Shown: piece by piece, positions 49,887 through 58,785 of the stretch
Layout of the letters: each line of letters starts with the position of its first letter
Position numbering within the stretch: the first letter of the stretch is position 1
Assembly (NCBI GenBank): GCA_009836625.1
Contig: VXVC01000012.1
Span: forward strand, 482,847-546,846
Length of the DNA: 64,000 bases
Reading direction: 5' to 3'
DNA from: Holophagales bacterium
GTDB taxonomy: Bacteria; Acidobacteriota; Thermoanaerobaculia; Multivoradales; Multivoraceae
Notes under the pieces: generated by a model
What the model saw: the letters and a program-made list of their open reading frames with translations, nothing else
The model's database searches: none
Told to the model about the DNA's origin: nothing
Made by a program: the position numbers and the translations under genes

Positions 49887-50081
49887 ATGTTCGGTGGCGG
49901 CAAGGTCAAGCTCGACAAGGAACTCATCGCGCGGGTGAAGCGCTACAGCGACATCGCGGGCTACTCGTCCGTCGAGGAGTTCATCACCCACGCCCTGGAG
50001 AAGGAGCTGGCCAAGCTCGAAGGCGCCGAGTCGAGGGAGGAGATCGAGAAGCGGCTGCGCGGCCTGGGGTACATCTCCTAG
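49887..50081 (+). CDS. Small ribbon-helix-helix-like protein (hypothetical)
   Basis: AAGGAGG RBS. 64 aa. KVKLDKELIARVKRYSDIAGYSSVEEFITHALEKEL fits a beta-alpha-alpha RHH pattern. Confidence 0.5.
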   Translation: MFGGGKVKLDKELIARVKRYSDIAGYSSVEEFITHALEKELAKLEGAESREEIEKRLRGLGYIS

Positions 50082-50099
50082 CGCCGCCAGAGCTCGTCG

Positions 50100-50966
50100 A
50101 TGTCCCTTCTGAACGCCGCCCTCCGCGCCGTCTTCGACGTGGCGCTCCGGCCCTTCGCGGCCTTGCCGCCGATCCTGCCGGTGGCCATCGTGGCGCTGGT
50201 CTCGGGCATCTTCGCGCTGTTGGTCTATCGCTGGACGTCGAACCAGACGGCGATCGCCGCGGTCAAGCGGCGGCTGTTCGGGCACCTGCTCGAGGTGCGG
50301 CTGTTCAACGACGACCTGCGGGCGGTGCTGGCGGCCCAGCTTCGGCTGCTGCGCGAGAACCTGACCTACCTGCGGCTGAACCTGGTTCCGCTCCTGTGGA
50401 TGATCGTGCCGTTCATGCTGCTGATCGCCCAGTTGCAGTTCCACTACGGCTACGACGGCCTCGAAGTAGGCGAACGCACACTGCTCGTCGTCGACCTGGC
50501 GCCGGCGGAGCCGGGGGCCGCGGGCGGGGATGAGGCGGCGCCGCGCCCGCCGATCGAGCTGGAGGCGCCGGCCGGCGTCGCGGTGGAGACGGCCGGCGTT
50601 TGGGTGCCGCGCCTGCGGCAGGTCGTGTGGCGGCTGCGGCCGGACGAGCCGGGGCGACACGAACTCGTCGTGCGCGCGGACGGTGCTACGTTCACGAAGA
50701 GCCTCTTCGTCGTGGATCCGGAGGGTGGCGCCAGGTGGGTGCGCCGCTCGCCGACGAGGCGCCGGGCGGCGATTCTCGACCAGTTGCTCTACCCGGCCGA
50801 GCCCTCGCTGCCGCGCGGCGGACCGATCGAGCGGATCGACGTGCGGTACGGCACCGCCGCGATCTCGTTCTTCGGGCTGTTCGACGTCCACTGGCTGATC
50901 GCCTTCCTGATCCTCTCCCTCGCGTTCGCGTTCGCGCTGCGGAACCGCTTCGGCGTCACCCTGTGA
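50100..50966 (+). CDS. Hypothetical membrane protein (N- and C-terminal TM helices)
   Basis: Hydrophobic segments at both ends. The stop overlaps the GT2 start (GTGA). Confidence 0.5.
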   Translation: MSLLNAALRAVFDVALRPFAALPPILPVAIVALVSGIFALLVYRWTSNQTAIAAVKRRLFGHLLEVRLFNDDLRAVLAAQLRLLRENLTYLRLNLVPLLWMIVPFMLLIAQLQFHYGYDGLEVGERTLLVVDLAPAEPGAAGGDEAAPRPPIELEAPAGVAVETAGVWVPRLRQVVWRLRPDEPGRHELVVRADGATFTKSLFVVDPEGGARWVRRSPTRRRAAILDQLLYPAEPSLPRGGPIERIDVRYGTAAISFFGLFDVHWLIAFLILSLAFAFALRNRFGVTL

Positions 50967-51664
50967 CCGCGCCGTCGATCGACGTCGTCATTCCCGCCTA
51001 CAACGAGGAGGAGTCGATCGGCCTGGTGCTCGCCGACATGCCGGCCGACCTGGTGCGCCGGGTCGTCGTCGCCGACAACAACTCGCGGGACGCGACGGCG
51101 GCGCGGGCGCGCGAGGCCGGGGCCGAGGTCGTGCCGGCGCCGGTGCAGGGCTATGGCAGCGCCTGTCTGGCCGGGCTCGGTCATCTGCGGCGGATCGGAC
51201 CACCCGAGATCGTCGTCTTCCTGGACGCCGACTACTCGGATCACCCCGAGGAGATGCCGCGGCTGGTGGAGCCGATCGCGCGCGGCGAGGCGGACCTGGT
51301 CATCGGCTCGCGGGTGCTGGGAAAGGCCGAACCAGGCGCACTGCTGCCCCAGGCGCGATGGGGCAACCGGTTCGCCTGCCTGCTCGTGCGCATGCTCTAC
51401 GGCCACCGCTACACCGACCTGGGGCCGTTCCGCGCCGTCTCGTGGCAGGCGCTCGAGTCGCTCGGCATGCGCGATCCGAACTTCGGCTGGACCGCGGAGA
51501 TGCAGGTCAAGGCGCTGCGGCGGCGTCTGCGGGTCGTCGAGGCGCCGGTCAGCTACCGCCGCCGGACCGGCGTCTCGAAGATCACCGGCACGGTCTCGGG
51601 CACCGTGCGGGCCGGCTGGAAGATCATCGCCACCATACTTCGCTACAGTCGCGGGCCGACATGA
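50963..51664 (+). CDS. Family 2 glycosyltransferase (polyprenol-phosphate sugar synthase / Dpm1-like)
   Basis: IDVVIPAYNEE, the DAD-like FLDADYSD (DxD), and a C-terminal amphipathic tail. Confidence 0.8.
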   Translation: MTAPSIDVVIPAYNEEESIGLVLADMPADLVRRVVVADNNSRDATAARAREAGAEVVPAPVQGYGSACLAGLGHLRRIGPPEIVVFLDADYSDHPEEMPRLVEPIARGEADLVIGSRVLGKAEPGALLPQARWGNRFACLLVRMLYGHRYTDLGPFRAVSWQALESLGMRDPNFGWTAEMQVKALRRRLRVVEAPVSYRRRTGVSKITGTVSGTVRAGWKIIATILRYSRGPT

Positions 51665-52110
51665 ACGGGATGACGGGTACTGCCGTGAACGCCGCCGGCG
51701 GGGAAGTGCCGGCCAGCGAGATCGAGGTCGAGGTTCGCTACAAGGAAACGGACCAGATGGCTGTGGTCCACCACTCGAACTACCTCGTGTGGTTCGAGCT
51801 CGCCCGCACTCATCATTGCCGCGTCGCGGGCATGGCCTACCGGAAGATCGAGGACGAGGGCTACTGGCTGATGGTCACCGGGGTCCAGCTCAAGTACCGG
51901 GGCGGCGCTCGCTACGGCGACAGGGTTCGCGTCGTCTGCTGGCTCGATCGGCTGAAGAGCCGCGCGATGAGCTTCGGCTACCGGGTGGAGGTCGACGAGC
52001 GGGTACTGGTCGAGGGCCGGACGGACCACGTCTGGGTGGACAAGGCGTCCGGCAACCACTGCCGGATGCCGGAGGTCGTCGTCCCGATCTTCCGCTCGAT
52101 GGAAAACTAG
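51661..52110 (+). CDS. Hotdog-fold acyl-CoA thioesterase (4HBT/YbgC-like)
   Basis: ATG overlapping the GT2 stop (ATGA). YKETDQMAVVHHSNYLVWFELAR and the YbgC catalytic region. Confidence 0.8.
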   Translation: MNGMTGTAVNAAGGEVPASEIEVEVRYKETDQMAVVHHSNYLVWFELARTHHCRVAGMAYRKIEDEGYWLMVTGVQLKYRGGARYGDRVRVVCWLDRLKSRAMSFGYRVEVDERVLVEGRTDHVWVDKASGNHCRMPEVVVPIFRSMEN

Positions 52111-52877
52111 AAACAGGCGTAGCCGCCGTCGATCACGAACTCGTCGCCGGTGTGGTAGCTCGACGCCCTGCTCGCCAGGTAGACGGCGATGCCGCTGAAG
52201 TCCTCGCCGACGCCCCAGCGGCGCACCGGAACCCGCCGCAGGACCTTCGTCTGGAACGCTTCCGTGTTGATCGCCCGCTCGGTCATGGCGGTGGCGATCC
52301 AGCCGGGCAGGACCGAGTTGACCCGGATCCTGTGGCGCGCGTGCTCGACCGCCAGGCCCCGCACCATCGCGTTGAGCCCCGCCTTCGTCGACGCGTAGTG
52401 CTCGCTGCGCGGCGCGCCGAAGACCGCCGAGAGGCTGCTGGTCGCGACCAGGGAGCCCCCCTCGCCGCGCTCGACCATGTGCCGGATCGCCTGTTGGAAG
52501 GTCTGGAAGACGCCTTCCATGTTGACCTGGAAGATCCGTCGCCACTCCTCCATCGACATGTCGATGAACGGCGTGCCGCGGCCGCCGATTCCGGCGTTGG
52601 CGAAGCAGGAGTCAACCTTGCCCAGCAACTCGACGGTCCGTGCGAACGAGGCCGCCACCGCATCGGCGTCGCCGACGTCGCAGCGCAGGGCTTCCACCCG
52701 CGTGCCGTGCCGCGCCAGTTGCTCCCGCGCGTTCGCGTTCTTCTCCTCGTTCGTGCCCCAGATGCAGACATCGGCGCCCGCCTGCGCGAGTCCTTCGGCA
52801 AAGCCGAGGCCGATTCCGGAGTTGCCGCCGGTGACGAGAGCCACCGTTCCGCTCAGGTCGAATGCGTCGTAAGCCAA
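52107..52877 (-). CDS. SDR-family oxidoreductase
   Basis: TGGNSGIG, NAG and YASTKAG motifs. TTG start 7 nt after AAGGAGA (MAYDAFDLSG). Confidence 0.8.
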   Translation of the reverse strand: MAYDAFDLSGTVALVTGGNSGIGLGFAEGLAQAGADVCIWGTNEEKNANAREQLARHGTRVEALRCDVGDADAVAASFARTVELLGKVDSCFANAGIGGRGTPFIDMSMEEWRRIFQVNMEGVFQTFQQAIRHMVERGEGGSLVATSSLSAVFGAPRSEHYASTKAGLNAMVRGLAVEHARHRIRVNSVLPGWIATAMTERAINTEAFQTKVLRRVPVRRWGVGEDFSGIAVYLASRASSYHTGDEFVIDGGYACF

Positions 52878-52955
52878 GGTCGTTCTCCTTCGTCCGTCCC
52901 GTGCGTCGTTCGTCGATGCGGCGCGGAGCATAGCGCCGCCGGGCGGTCCCCGGGC

Positions 52956-53699
52956 TCAGCCGAACCAGAGCCGGACCGCGAACAGGATGACGGTGACTGT
53001 GACGACGCGCTGGACCCAGGCGTGACCCTTGAGCACGGTGAGCCGCACGCCCAGCCAGCCGCCGGCCATGTTCCCGACCGCGAGCGCGAGACCGAAGCTC
53101 CAGTCGACCCGGCCGGAGAGCGCGAACAGGAGCAGTGACAGGCCGGTGAAGCAGAGGATGCTGAGCACCTTCACCGCGTTGCCGCGGACCAGGTCCAGGC
53201 CGGCCAGCGAGGTCGCGGCGAGGATGAAGAACCCGACCCCTGCCTGGACGAAGCCGCCGTAGACGCCGACGCCGAAGAAGCCGAGAGCGAGGAGGCCCAC
53301 CCGGAGCGTCGCTGGTTGCCCTTCGGGTTCTGCTCGCCGCGAGATCAGGGTCCAGAGGGTCACTACGACCATCAGAGCCGCCAGCACGCGGCGGAAGGCG
53401 TCGTCGCTGATGACGAGAGCCGCCCAGGCGCCCAGCCCGGCGCCGGCGGTTGCGGGCAGCGCCGCCCACAGGATCGCCCGCCGGTCGAGGACGCCGTGAC
53501 GGTGGAAGCCCCAGGAGGCGACGACGTTCTGGAGGAGGATCGCGACCCGGTTCGTGCCGTTGGCTACGCCGGGAGGGAGACCGAAGAAGATGAGGATCGG
53601 CAGCGTGAGAAACGAGCCGCCGCCCGCGACCACGTTCAAGGCGCCGGCGACGCAGCCGGCGAGCGCAAGCGCTGGGTAGACGATCGCCGGCTCGTTCAC
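52956..53699 (-). CDS. TSUP-family (TauE/SafE, DUF81) sulfite/organosulfonate exporter-like membrane protein
   Basis: Two GGGSFLTLP-type repeats (AGGGSFLTLPILIFFGLPP... / ...GVGFFIL). The start is uncertain; GTG at 53699 was chosen. Confidence 0.72.
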   Translation of the reverse strand: MNEPAIVYPALALAGCVAGALNVVAGGGSFLTLPILIFFGLPPGVANGTNRVAILLQNVVASWGFHRHGVLDRRAILWAALPATAGAGLGAWAALVISDDAFRRVLAALMVVVTLWTLISRRAEPEGQPATLRVGLLALGFFGVGVYGGFVQAGVGFFILAATSLAGLDLVRGNAVKVLSILCFTGLSLLLFALSGRVDWSFGLALAVGNMAGGWLGVRLTVLKGHAWVQRVVTVTVILFAVRLWFG

Positions 53700-53735
53700 G
53701 GCGAGGAGGTTAACGCTCCGAAGATAGACTCCGAA

Positions 53736-53987
53736 ATGATGGCCGATCAGACGACGCCGAGCCGTGGCTCCAGCAACTCGTCGCTGGTCTCCTTCCTGGG
53801 CGGCCTGCGTTTCCCGCAACTGTTCGTCGTTCTGGCGGTCGTCTTCCTCATCGACCTGTTCATTCCCGACGTTCTTCCCTTCGTCGACGAGTTGATCCTG
53901 GGGCTACTGACCCTGATGACAGGCACCTGGCGCGATCGTCGACGTCCCCCGGAAAAGAACGTGACGCCGCCGGAGACGCCTGGATGA
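53736..53987 (+). CDS. Possible small membrane protein (hypothetical), translationally coupled to the downstream secreted protein
   Basis: 83-aa ORF with a hydrophobic core FPQLFVVLAVVFLIDLFIPDVLPFVDELILGLLTLM. Its stop overlaps the next ATG (ATGA). Weakly supported. Confidence 0.35.
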   Translation: MMADQTTPSRGSSNSSLVSFLGGLRFPQLFVVLAVVFLIDLFIPDVLPFVDELILGLLTLMTGTWRDRRRPPEKNVTPPETPG

Positions 53988-55231
53988 CGATCGGCCGGCT
54001 CCTCCTGGCGCTGTTGGCGGTCCTCACGGCCGCCGCCCCGGCAGGGGCCCAGGAGTGGAGCGGCAGCAACGGCTTTCAGGTCGTGGTGACGGATGACGCC
54101 GGGCAGCCGTTGCCGGGGGTCACGGTCATGGTTCTTCTGGCCGAGCCCGATCGCTCCGGCGGACCGCCGCCGCTGCTGACGGACGCATCCGGCGTGACGG
54201 AAGTCAGCGGCCTGTCGGCAGGCGAGTGGCAGGTCGAACTGCGGCGCGAGGGGTTCATGATCGTGAGCTCCTACCTGAAGCTGGAAGACGGGAAGCGGCC
54301 GCAGGTCGGGTTCACCTCACGCCAGCGCACGGGTCCCTTCTGGGCGCCGATGAACGTCGGCTACTCGAGCCTGGGCATAGACACGTCGGCGGTCAGTGCG
54401 GGCTCGGCGCGGGCGATGACCCGGGCCCAGCGACGGGCCGAGCGACGGGCCGAGCAACGGGCGCGCCGGCTGCGCAGTGAGAACGTGGCACGGGTGGTGG
54501 AGCCGCCGCCGGAACCGCCGCCGGAACCTCCGGAGGCGCCTGCCGCGCAGCCTGTGGCTGTAGCGGAACAGCCGGCCGCTGAGCCGCCGGCGGAGAAGCG
54601 GCCTGCCGCTGCGCTGCCCGAGCCCGTACCCGAGCCCGAACCGGCCGTGGTCCGCCTGCTTCCGAACCGCACTCTGCTGCGCGCCGGCGCCTGCCCCGAG
54701 TGCGGGCCCGGCGAGTGGTCGGTGGCGAGTAACTGGACCGCCGAGCCGAGGACGGCCGAGACCGTCGCTTGCGCCCCTGATCTCGCCGCGCGGATGGAGC
54801 GCGTGGCCAGGATCGTCGAGGAGTCGTTGTCTGTCGACTTCCGGGTCTACGCCGGGGCGCTCGCCGAGCCCACCGGCAACGACGTGCTGAGGTTGCTGCC
54901 GGACGTGGTTCGGAGCGAAGTCCAGGAACTGTTGTTGCCGATCCTCGATCCGGAACGGTCCTGCCAGGTCCTGGGCATCTTTCTGCCTGAAGGGGCGCGG
55001 TTCATCGGCTTCCAGTACGAGGCTGCGGACCTCGAGAGTCGGGGCAGCTGTCTCCCGGAGCAGCCGTGCGGGATCGGCGAAGCTGCCTGGCGCGGCAACC
55101 CGGTGATTCACAGTCACCAGCACGGCACCTTCGTCTACGGTGTGTTCGAGAACCTGTCCCCCGAGCGTAGGCGGGAAGCGAACTTCAAGGCGTACTTCCG
55201 CCCCCCTCGCGGCTGGCTTCCGCCGCGCTGA
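53984..55231 (+). CDS. Secreted protein with N-terminal carboxypeptidase-regulatory-like beta-sandwich and Pro-rich linker (hypothetical)
   Basis: Signal peptide. GFQVVVTDDAGQPLPGVTV...SGVTEVSGLSAGEWQVE resembles the CarboxypepD_reg fold. PEPPPEPPPEPPEAP linker. Cys-containing C-terminal domain. Confidence 0.55.
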   Translation: MTIGRLLLALLAVLTAAAPAGAQEWSGSNGFQVVVTDDAGQPLPGVTVMVLLAEPDRSGGPPPLLTDASGVTEVSGLSAGEWQVELRREGFMIVSSYLKLEDGKRPQVGFTSRQRTGPFWAPMNVGYSSLGIDTSAVSAGSARAMTRAQRRAERRAEQRARRLRSENVARVVEPPPEPPPEPPEAPAAQPVAVAEQPAAEPPAEKRPAAALPEPVPEPEPAVVRLLPNRTLLRAGACPECGPGEWSVASNWTAEPRTAETVACAPDLAARMERVARIVEESLSVDFRVYAGALAEPTGNDVLRLLPDVVRSEVQELLLPILDPERSCQVLGIFLPEGARFIGFQYEAADLESRGSCLPEQPCGIGEAAWRGNPVIHSHQHGTFVYGVFENLSPERRREANFKAYFRPPRGWLPPR

Positions 55232-55295
55232 CCGTCGTTCCGCCGGTCTCCTGCGGTAGTCTCGGCGCAGCCATTCCCCTGCAAGGAGAGCCACC

Positions 55296-56378
55296 ATGCC
55301 GTTTCGTGGAAACGTCTCCAGCCTGTTCGTCGTCCTCGTCTTTCTGTCGCTTCTCGCCACGCCCGCCATGGCGGCCGGGGACGACGACATCCGGCGCACG
55401 GTGAGCGGCCGGCCGGACCTGTCCGGCAACTACGATGTCGCGAACCTGACCCCGTACGAGCGGGATCCCCGCCTCGGCGACAAGCAGTTCATGACCGCCG
55501 AGGAGGCGGAGCGGATCGCTGCGGGGATGGCGGCAGCCAGCGCAGGCGCCAACGCCGTCAGCGACCCGGACCGTGAGGCGCCGCCGGCTGGCGGGGACGG
55601 TTCCGCGGGCGCGTCCGGCGCGGTCGGCGGCTACAACTTCTTCTGGCTCGACTTTGGTAACCGGGCGTACCCGATCGATGGTCAATACCGGACGTCGGTC
55701 CTCACCGACCCGCCGAACGGCCGCATGCCGGAACTCACCGAGGCCGGAAAGGCGCGGCGGGCCAGGGTGAACCCGTACCTCTACAAGAACACCGGCGACG
55801 CCTGGTGGCTCGAGGCCGGGGACGATCCCTACGACGGTCCCGAGACGCTGACTCCCGGAGACCGCTGCATCTACACCGGCGTGGCCACCACCCCGGTGCG
55901 TTCCCTGCCCTACAACAACCTGAAGACGATCACGCAGACCGAGGATCACGTCGTCATCCTGGTCGAGTGGATGCACTGGGCGAAGGTGGTCCGCCTGAAC
56001 GCCGAGCACGCGCCGGCCGACTACCGCTCAATGGGCGGCGACTCGATCGGTTGGTGGGAAGACGACACCCTGGTCGTGGAGACGACCAACTTCCTCGACA
56101 GCCAGAGCGACCCGCGGGATGGCCTGAGGGTGATCGAGCGCTTCAGCCGCCACGGCGACAGGGACCTGCTCTACGGATTCACCGTCCATGACACGGACTA
56201 CGCCGCCCCCTACAGCGGCGAACTCGTCTGGCCGGGAACCGACGACCTTCTGTACGAGTACGCCTGCCACGAAGGCAACTACGCGATGGGCAACATTCTC
56301 CGCGGCGCCCGGCTGCTGGAGAAGGAGTACTACGAGAAGAAGGCCCAAGGCGCGAGCACGGGTTCCGGCAGCGAGTAG
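55296..56378 (+). CDS. Secreted conserved hypothetical protein (paralog of 10679-11629)
   Basis: Signal peptide. Shares DPPNGRMP, ERC/DRC, TLVVETTNF and LLYEYACHEGNY blocks with the ORF at 10679-11629. Confidence 0.6.
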   Translation: MPFRGNVSSLFVVLVFLSLLATPAMAAGDDDIRRTVSGRPDLSGNYDVANLTPYERDPRLGDKQFMTAEEAERIAAGMAAASAGANAVSDPDREAPPAGGDGSAGASGAVGGYNFFWLDFGNRAYPIDGQYRTSVLTDPPNGRMPELTEAGKARRARVNPYLYKNTGDAWWLEAGDDPYDGPETLTPGDRCIYTGVATTPVRSLPYNNLKTITQTEDHVVILVEWMHWAKVVRLNAEHAPADYRSMGGDSIGWWEDDTLVVETTNFLDSQSDPRDGLRVIERFSRHGDRDLLYGFTVHDTDYAAPYSGELVWPGTDDLLYEYACHEGNYAMGNILRGARLLEKEYYEKKAQGASTGSGSE

Positions 56379-56382
56379 ACGC

Positions 56383-57108
56383 CTACTGCAGCGAGAAGTT
56401 GACGGTCAGGTTGATGTAGACCGGAACCGGTTCGCCGTTCAGGGTGGCGGGTTCGTAGCGCCATTCCTGGACGACCTGGACGGCGGACTCGGTGAGGCCT
56501 TCCGGCAGGCCCTTGAGCACCTTGACGTAGCCGACGTTGCCCAGGGTATCGACGACGGCCTGCAGGATGACGACGCCCTGGATGCGTGCCTGGCGCGCCT
56601 CTTCGGTGTAGTTGGGCAGCGGAGCGTAGGTCTTCTTTGGCGGCAGGACGTCGCCCTCGACCCACATGGTGCCGGGCGGTCCGGCGGGCGAGGGGGCTTC
56701 GGGGAGGTCGAACAGGACGTCGGCAATGCCGTCGATCTCCAGTTGCGGCGCCTCGAAGAGCTGTTCCCGGATCAGCGGTTCGGGTTCGTCGGGAGTCGGA
56801 TCGGGAATCGGGATCTTCTTCGTCTTGCGCTGGGGGACGGGCTCCGCCTTGGCGGGGGGCGGCGGCTTGAATCGCACGGCCTGGACGACGAAGGCCTTCG
56901 GCGCCTGCGCGGCCTGTAGGGCCCGCGGCCTCATGCTGGGGAAGCTGATGACGAACAGCAGCGCGTGGAAGGCGATCGTCGCGATGACGGCGATTCGCAG
57001 CGGGGTCCGGTTCTCGGGCTCCAACTCGTATGGCGATCCACCGAGATGGAGGGAACCGGGTGCGAACTTCGACCGGGTGGTCTCGCGTCGCTCGAGCTTG
57101 AAGGCCAT
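56383..57108 (-). CDS. TonB-family energy transducer (C-terminal TonB domain)
   Basis: N-terminal TM anchor, a Pro-rich spacer, and a C-terminal domain ARIQGVVILQAVVDTLGNVGYVKVLKG...PATLNGEPV. Confidence 0.75.
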   Translation of the reverse strand: MAFKLERRETTRSKFAPGSLHLGGSPYELEPENRTPLRIAVIATIAFHALLFVISFPSMRPRALQAAQAPKAFVVQAVRFKPPPPAKAEPVPQRKTKKIPIPDPTPDEPEPLIREQLFEAPQLEIDGIADVLFDLPEAPSPAGPPGTMWVEGDVLPPKKTYAPLPNYTEEARQARIQGVVILQAVVDTLGNVGYVKVLKGLPEGLTESAVQVVQEWRYEPATLNGEPVPVYINLTVNFSLQ

Positions 57109-57156
57109 GGTGCTAGCGGTTTACAACGCGCCGGGTGCCGTTTCGCTTCCAGGATT

Positions 57157-58056
57157 CTACGCGTCGGGCGACAATTCGCGATCGAGCGCGGCGTCGAGAG
57201 TAGAGAAGCGGTACCGGAAGTTGCTGTTCCGCAGGACCGTGGGAACGACTCTGGCGCTGGCAAGCAGCGTCTCCCGGGCCATGGCCCCGAAGGCCAGGCG
57301 GAGTGCTGATGAAGGCACCGGGAGCAGAGCCGGACGCCCCAGCGTGGCGGCGATGGCTCTGGTCAAGTCGGCGTTCGTGACCTGTTCCGGAGCGACGATG
57401 TTCACGGGTCCCCGGATGTCGCGTTTCATCACGTGAAGGATCGCGGCCACCGCGTCGTCGATGTGGATCCAGGGGAAGTACTGGCGCCCGGATCCGAGCC
57501 GGCCGCCCAAGCCCAGCCGGAAGGGCGTCAGCATCCTGGCCAGGGCGCCGCCGCGTGCCGAGAGCACGACCCCGAACCGGAGGATCGCGACGCGCTCGCA
57601 AACCGCGCCCGCGGTCAGGGCGGCGGACTCCCACTCCCGGCATACCGAGGCGAGGAAGCCGCCCCCGGACGTCGAGTCCTCGTCCAGCAGCTCGTCGCCC
57701 CGGTCGCCGTAGTAGCCGACCGCGGAGGCGCAGACGAAGACCCGCGGTGCCTGCTCGAGGCGGCTCAGCGACTCGACCAGCCGCCGGGTTGCGGGGCCGC
57801 GCGAGGCGCCGATCCTGCTGCGGCGCTCGGTGGTCCATCGGCCACCGGCGACGTTCTCGCCGGCCAGGTGGACCAGGACATCGAGCCCGGACGCGGCCTC
57901 CGAATCCGCCAGACCGTGTTCAGGCCGCCATTCGAGTTCATCCGCCCGCGACGGCGTGCGGCGCACGAGCCGGTGGCAACGACTACCCGCGGCCTCGAGG
58001 CTGCGGGTGAGCGCGCTGCCGATGAGTCCCGACGCGCCGCTAAGGGCCACGTTCAT
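57157..58056 (-). CDS. TIGR01777/YfcH-family NAD-dependent epimerase/dehydratase (DUF1731 C-terminal)
   Basis: MNVALSGASGLIGSAL Rossmann start and a C-terminal DUF1731-like tail. Confidence 0.78.
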   Translation of the reverse strand: MNVALSGASGLIGSALTRSLEAAGSRCHRLVRRTPSRADELEWRPEHGLADSEAASGLDVLVHLAGENVAGGRWTTERRSRIGASRGPATRRLVESLSRLEQAPRVFVCASAVGYYGDRGDELLDEDSTSGGGFLASVCREWESAALTAGAVCERVAILRFGVVLSARGGALARMLTPFRLGLGGRLGSGRQYFPWIHIDDAVAAILHVMKRDIRGPVNIVAPEQVTNADLTRAIAATLGRPALLPVPSSALRLAFGAMARETLLASARVVPTVLRNSNFRYRFSTLDAALDRELSPDA

Positions 58057-58149
58057 CACACCAAGGTAACAGCCGCGCCGAGCGGCGCTATTCTCGCGGC
58101 CACCGTGCCCGCGCTGCCGACGCCGCCGACGAACCGCCGCCTGGCCGCG

Positions 58150-58782
58150 ATGCTCCGTCGCATCCGGCGGCACCTGGAGGGCTCGGAACTGCCGATCGTG
58201 ACCCTGATCGCGGAGACCGAGCGCGACCCCTTCAAGGTGCTGGTGTCGACGATCCTGAGCGCGCGGACCAAGGACGAGGCGACGGCGGGGGCAACGAGGC
58301 GGTTGTTCCAGGCGGCGTCGACGGCGGAAGAGATCGGCAACCTGCCGCTAGCGGAACTGGAGCGGCTCATCTTCCCGGTCGGCTTCTACCGCACGAAAGC
58401 GAAGAACCTGAAGCTCGCGATGACGGTGCTGCGCGAGCGGTTCGGCGGTGAGGTGCCCCGTACGGTCGATGAGCTGGTCGAACTCCCCGGCGTCGGCCGC
58501 AAGACGGCGAACCTGGTCGTCACCGAGGGGTTTCGCCGCCCCGGCATCTGCGTCGACACCCACGTGCACCGGATCACGAACCTCTGGGGTTACGTGGAGA
58601 CGAAAACCCCGCTCGAGACGGAGATGGCGCTGCGCCGGAAGCTGCCGCGCAGCCAGTGGATCGGCTTGAACAAGACGCTGGTCAGCTTCGGCCAGAAGCT
58701 GTGCCTGCCGGTGAGTCCCTGGTGTTCCCGCTGTCCGGTCGAGGAGTGGTGTCCCAAACTCGGGGTTGGACGGAGCCGCTGA
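58150..58782 (+). CDS. nth: Endonuclease III (HhH-GPD DNA glycosylase with [4Fe-4S])
   Basis: LVELPGVGRKTANLV (HhH-GPD), a catalytic Lys/Asp context, and a C-terminal CxxxxxxCxxCxxxxxC (CLPVSPWCSRCPVEEWC). ATG at 58150 gives 211 aa. Confidence 0.88.
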   Translation: MLRRIRRHLEGSELPIVTLIAETERDPFKVLVSTILSARTKDEATAGATRRLFQAASTAEEIGNLPLAELERLIFPVGFYRTKAKNLKLAMTVLRERFGGEVPRTVDELVELPGVGRKTANLVVTEGFRRPGICVDTHVHRITNLWGYVETKTPLETEMALRRKLPRSQWIGLNKTLVSFGQKLCLPVSPWCSRCPVEEWCPKLGVGRSR

Positions 58783-58785
58783 CCG

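Noticed and set aside
45642-49927. Long minus-strand ORFs 45642-47678 and 47804-49927
   Set aside because: Antisense shadows of the two NPP-like genes.
51153-53138. 661-aa plus-strand ORF
   Set aside because: Low-complexity Arg/Gly-rich translation spanning several real genes on both strands.
54400-54470. 12-nt tandem repeat (gcgacgggccga about 2.5 copies) and PEPPPEPPPEPP-coding repeat
   Set aside because: These are in-frame coding repeats within the secreted protein (RAQRRAERRAEQRA), not a CRISPR or other non-coding array.
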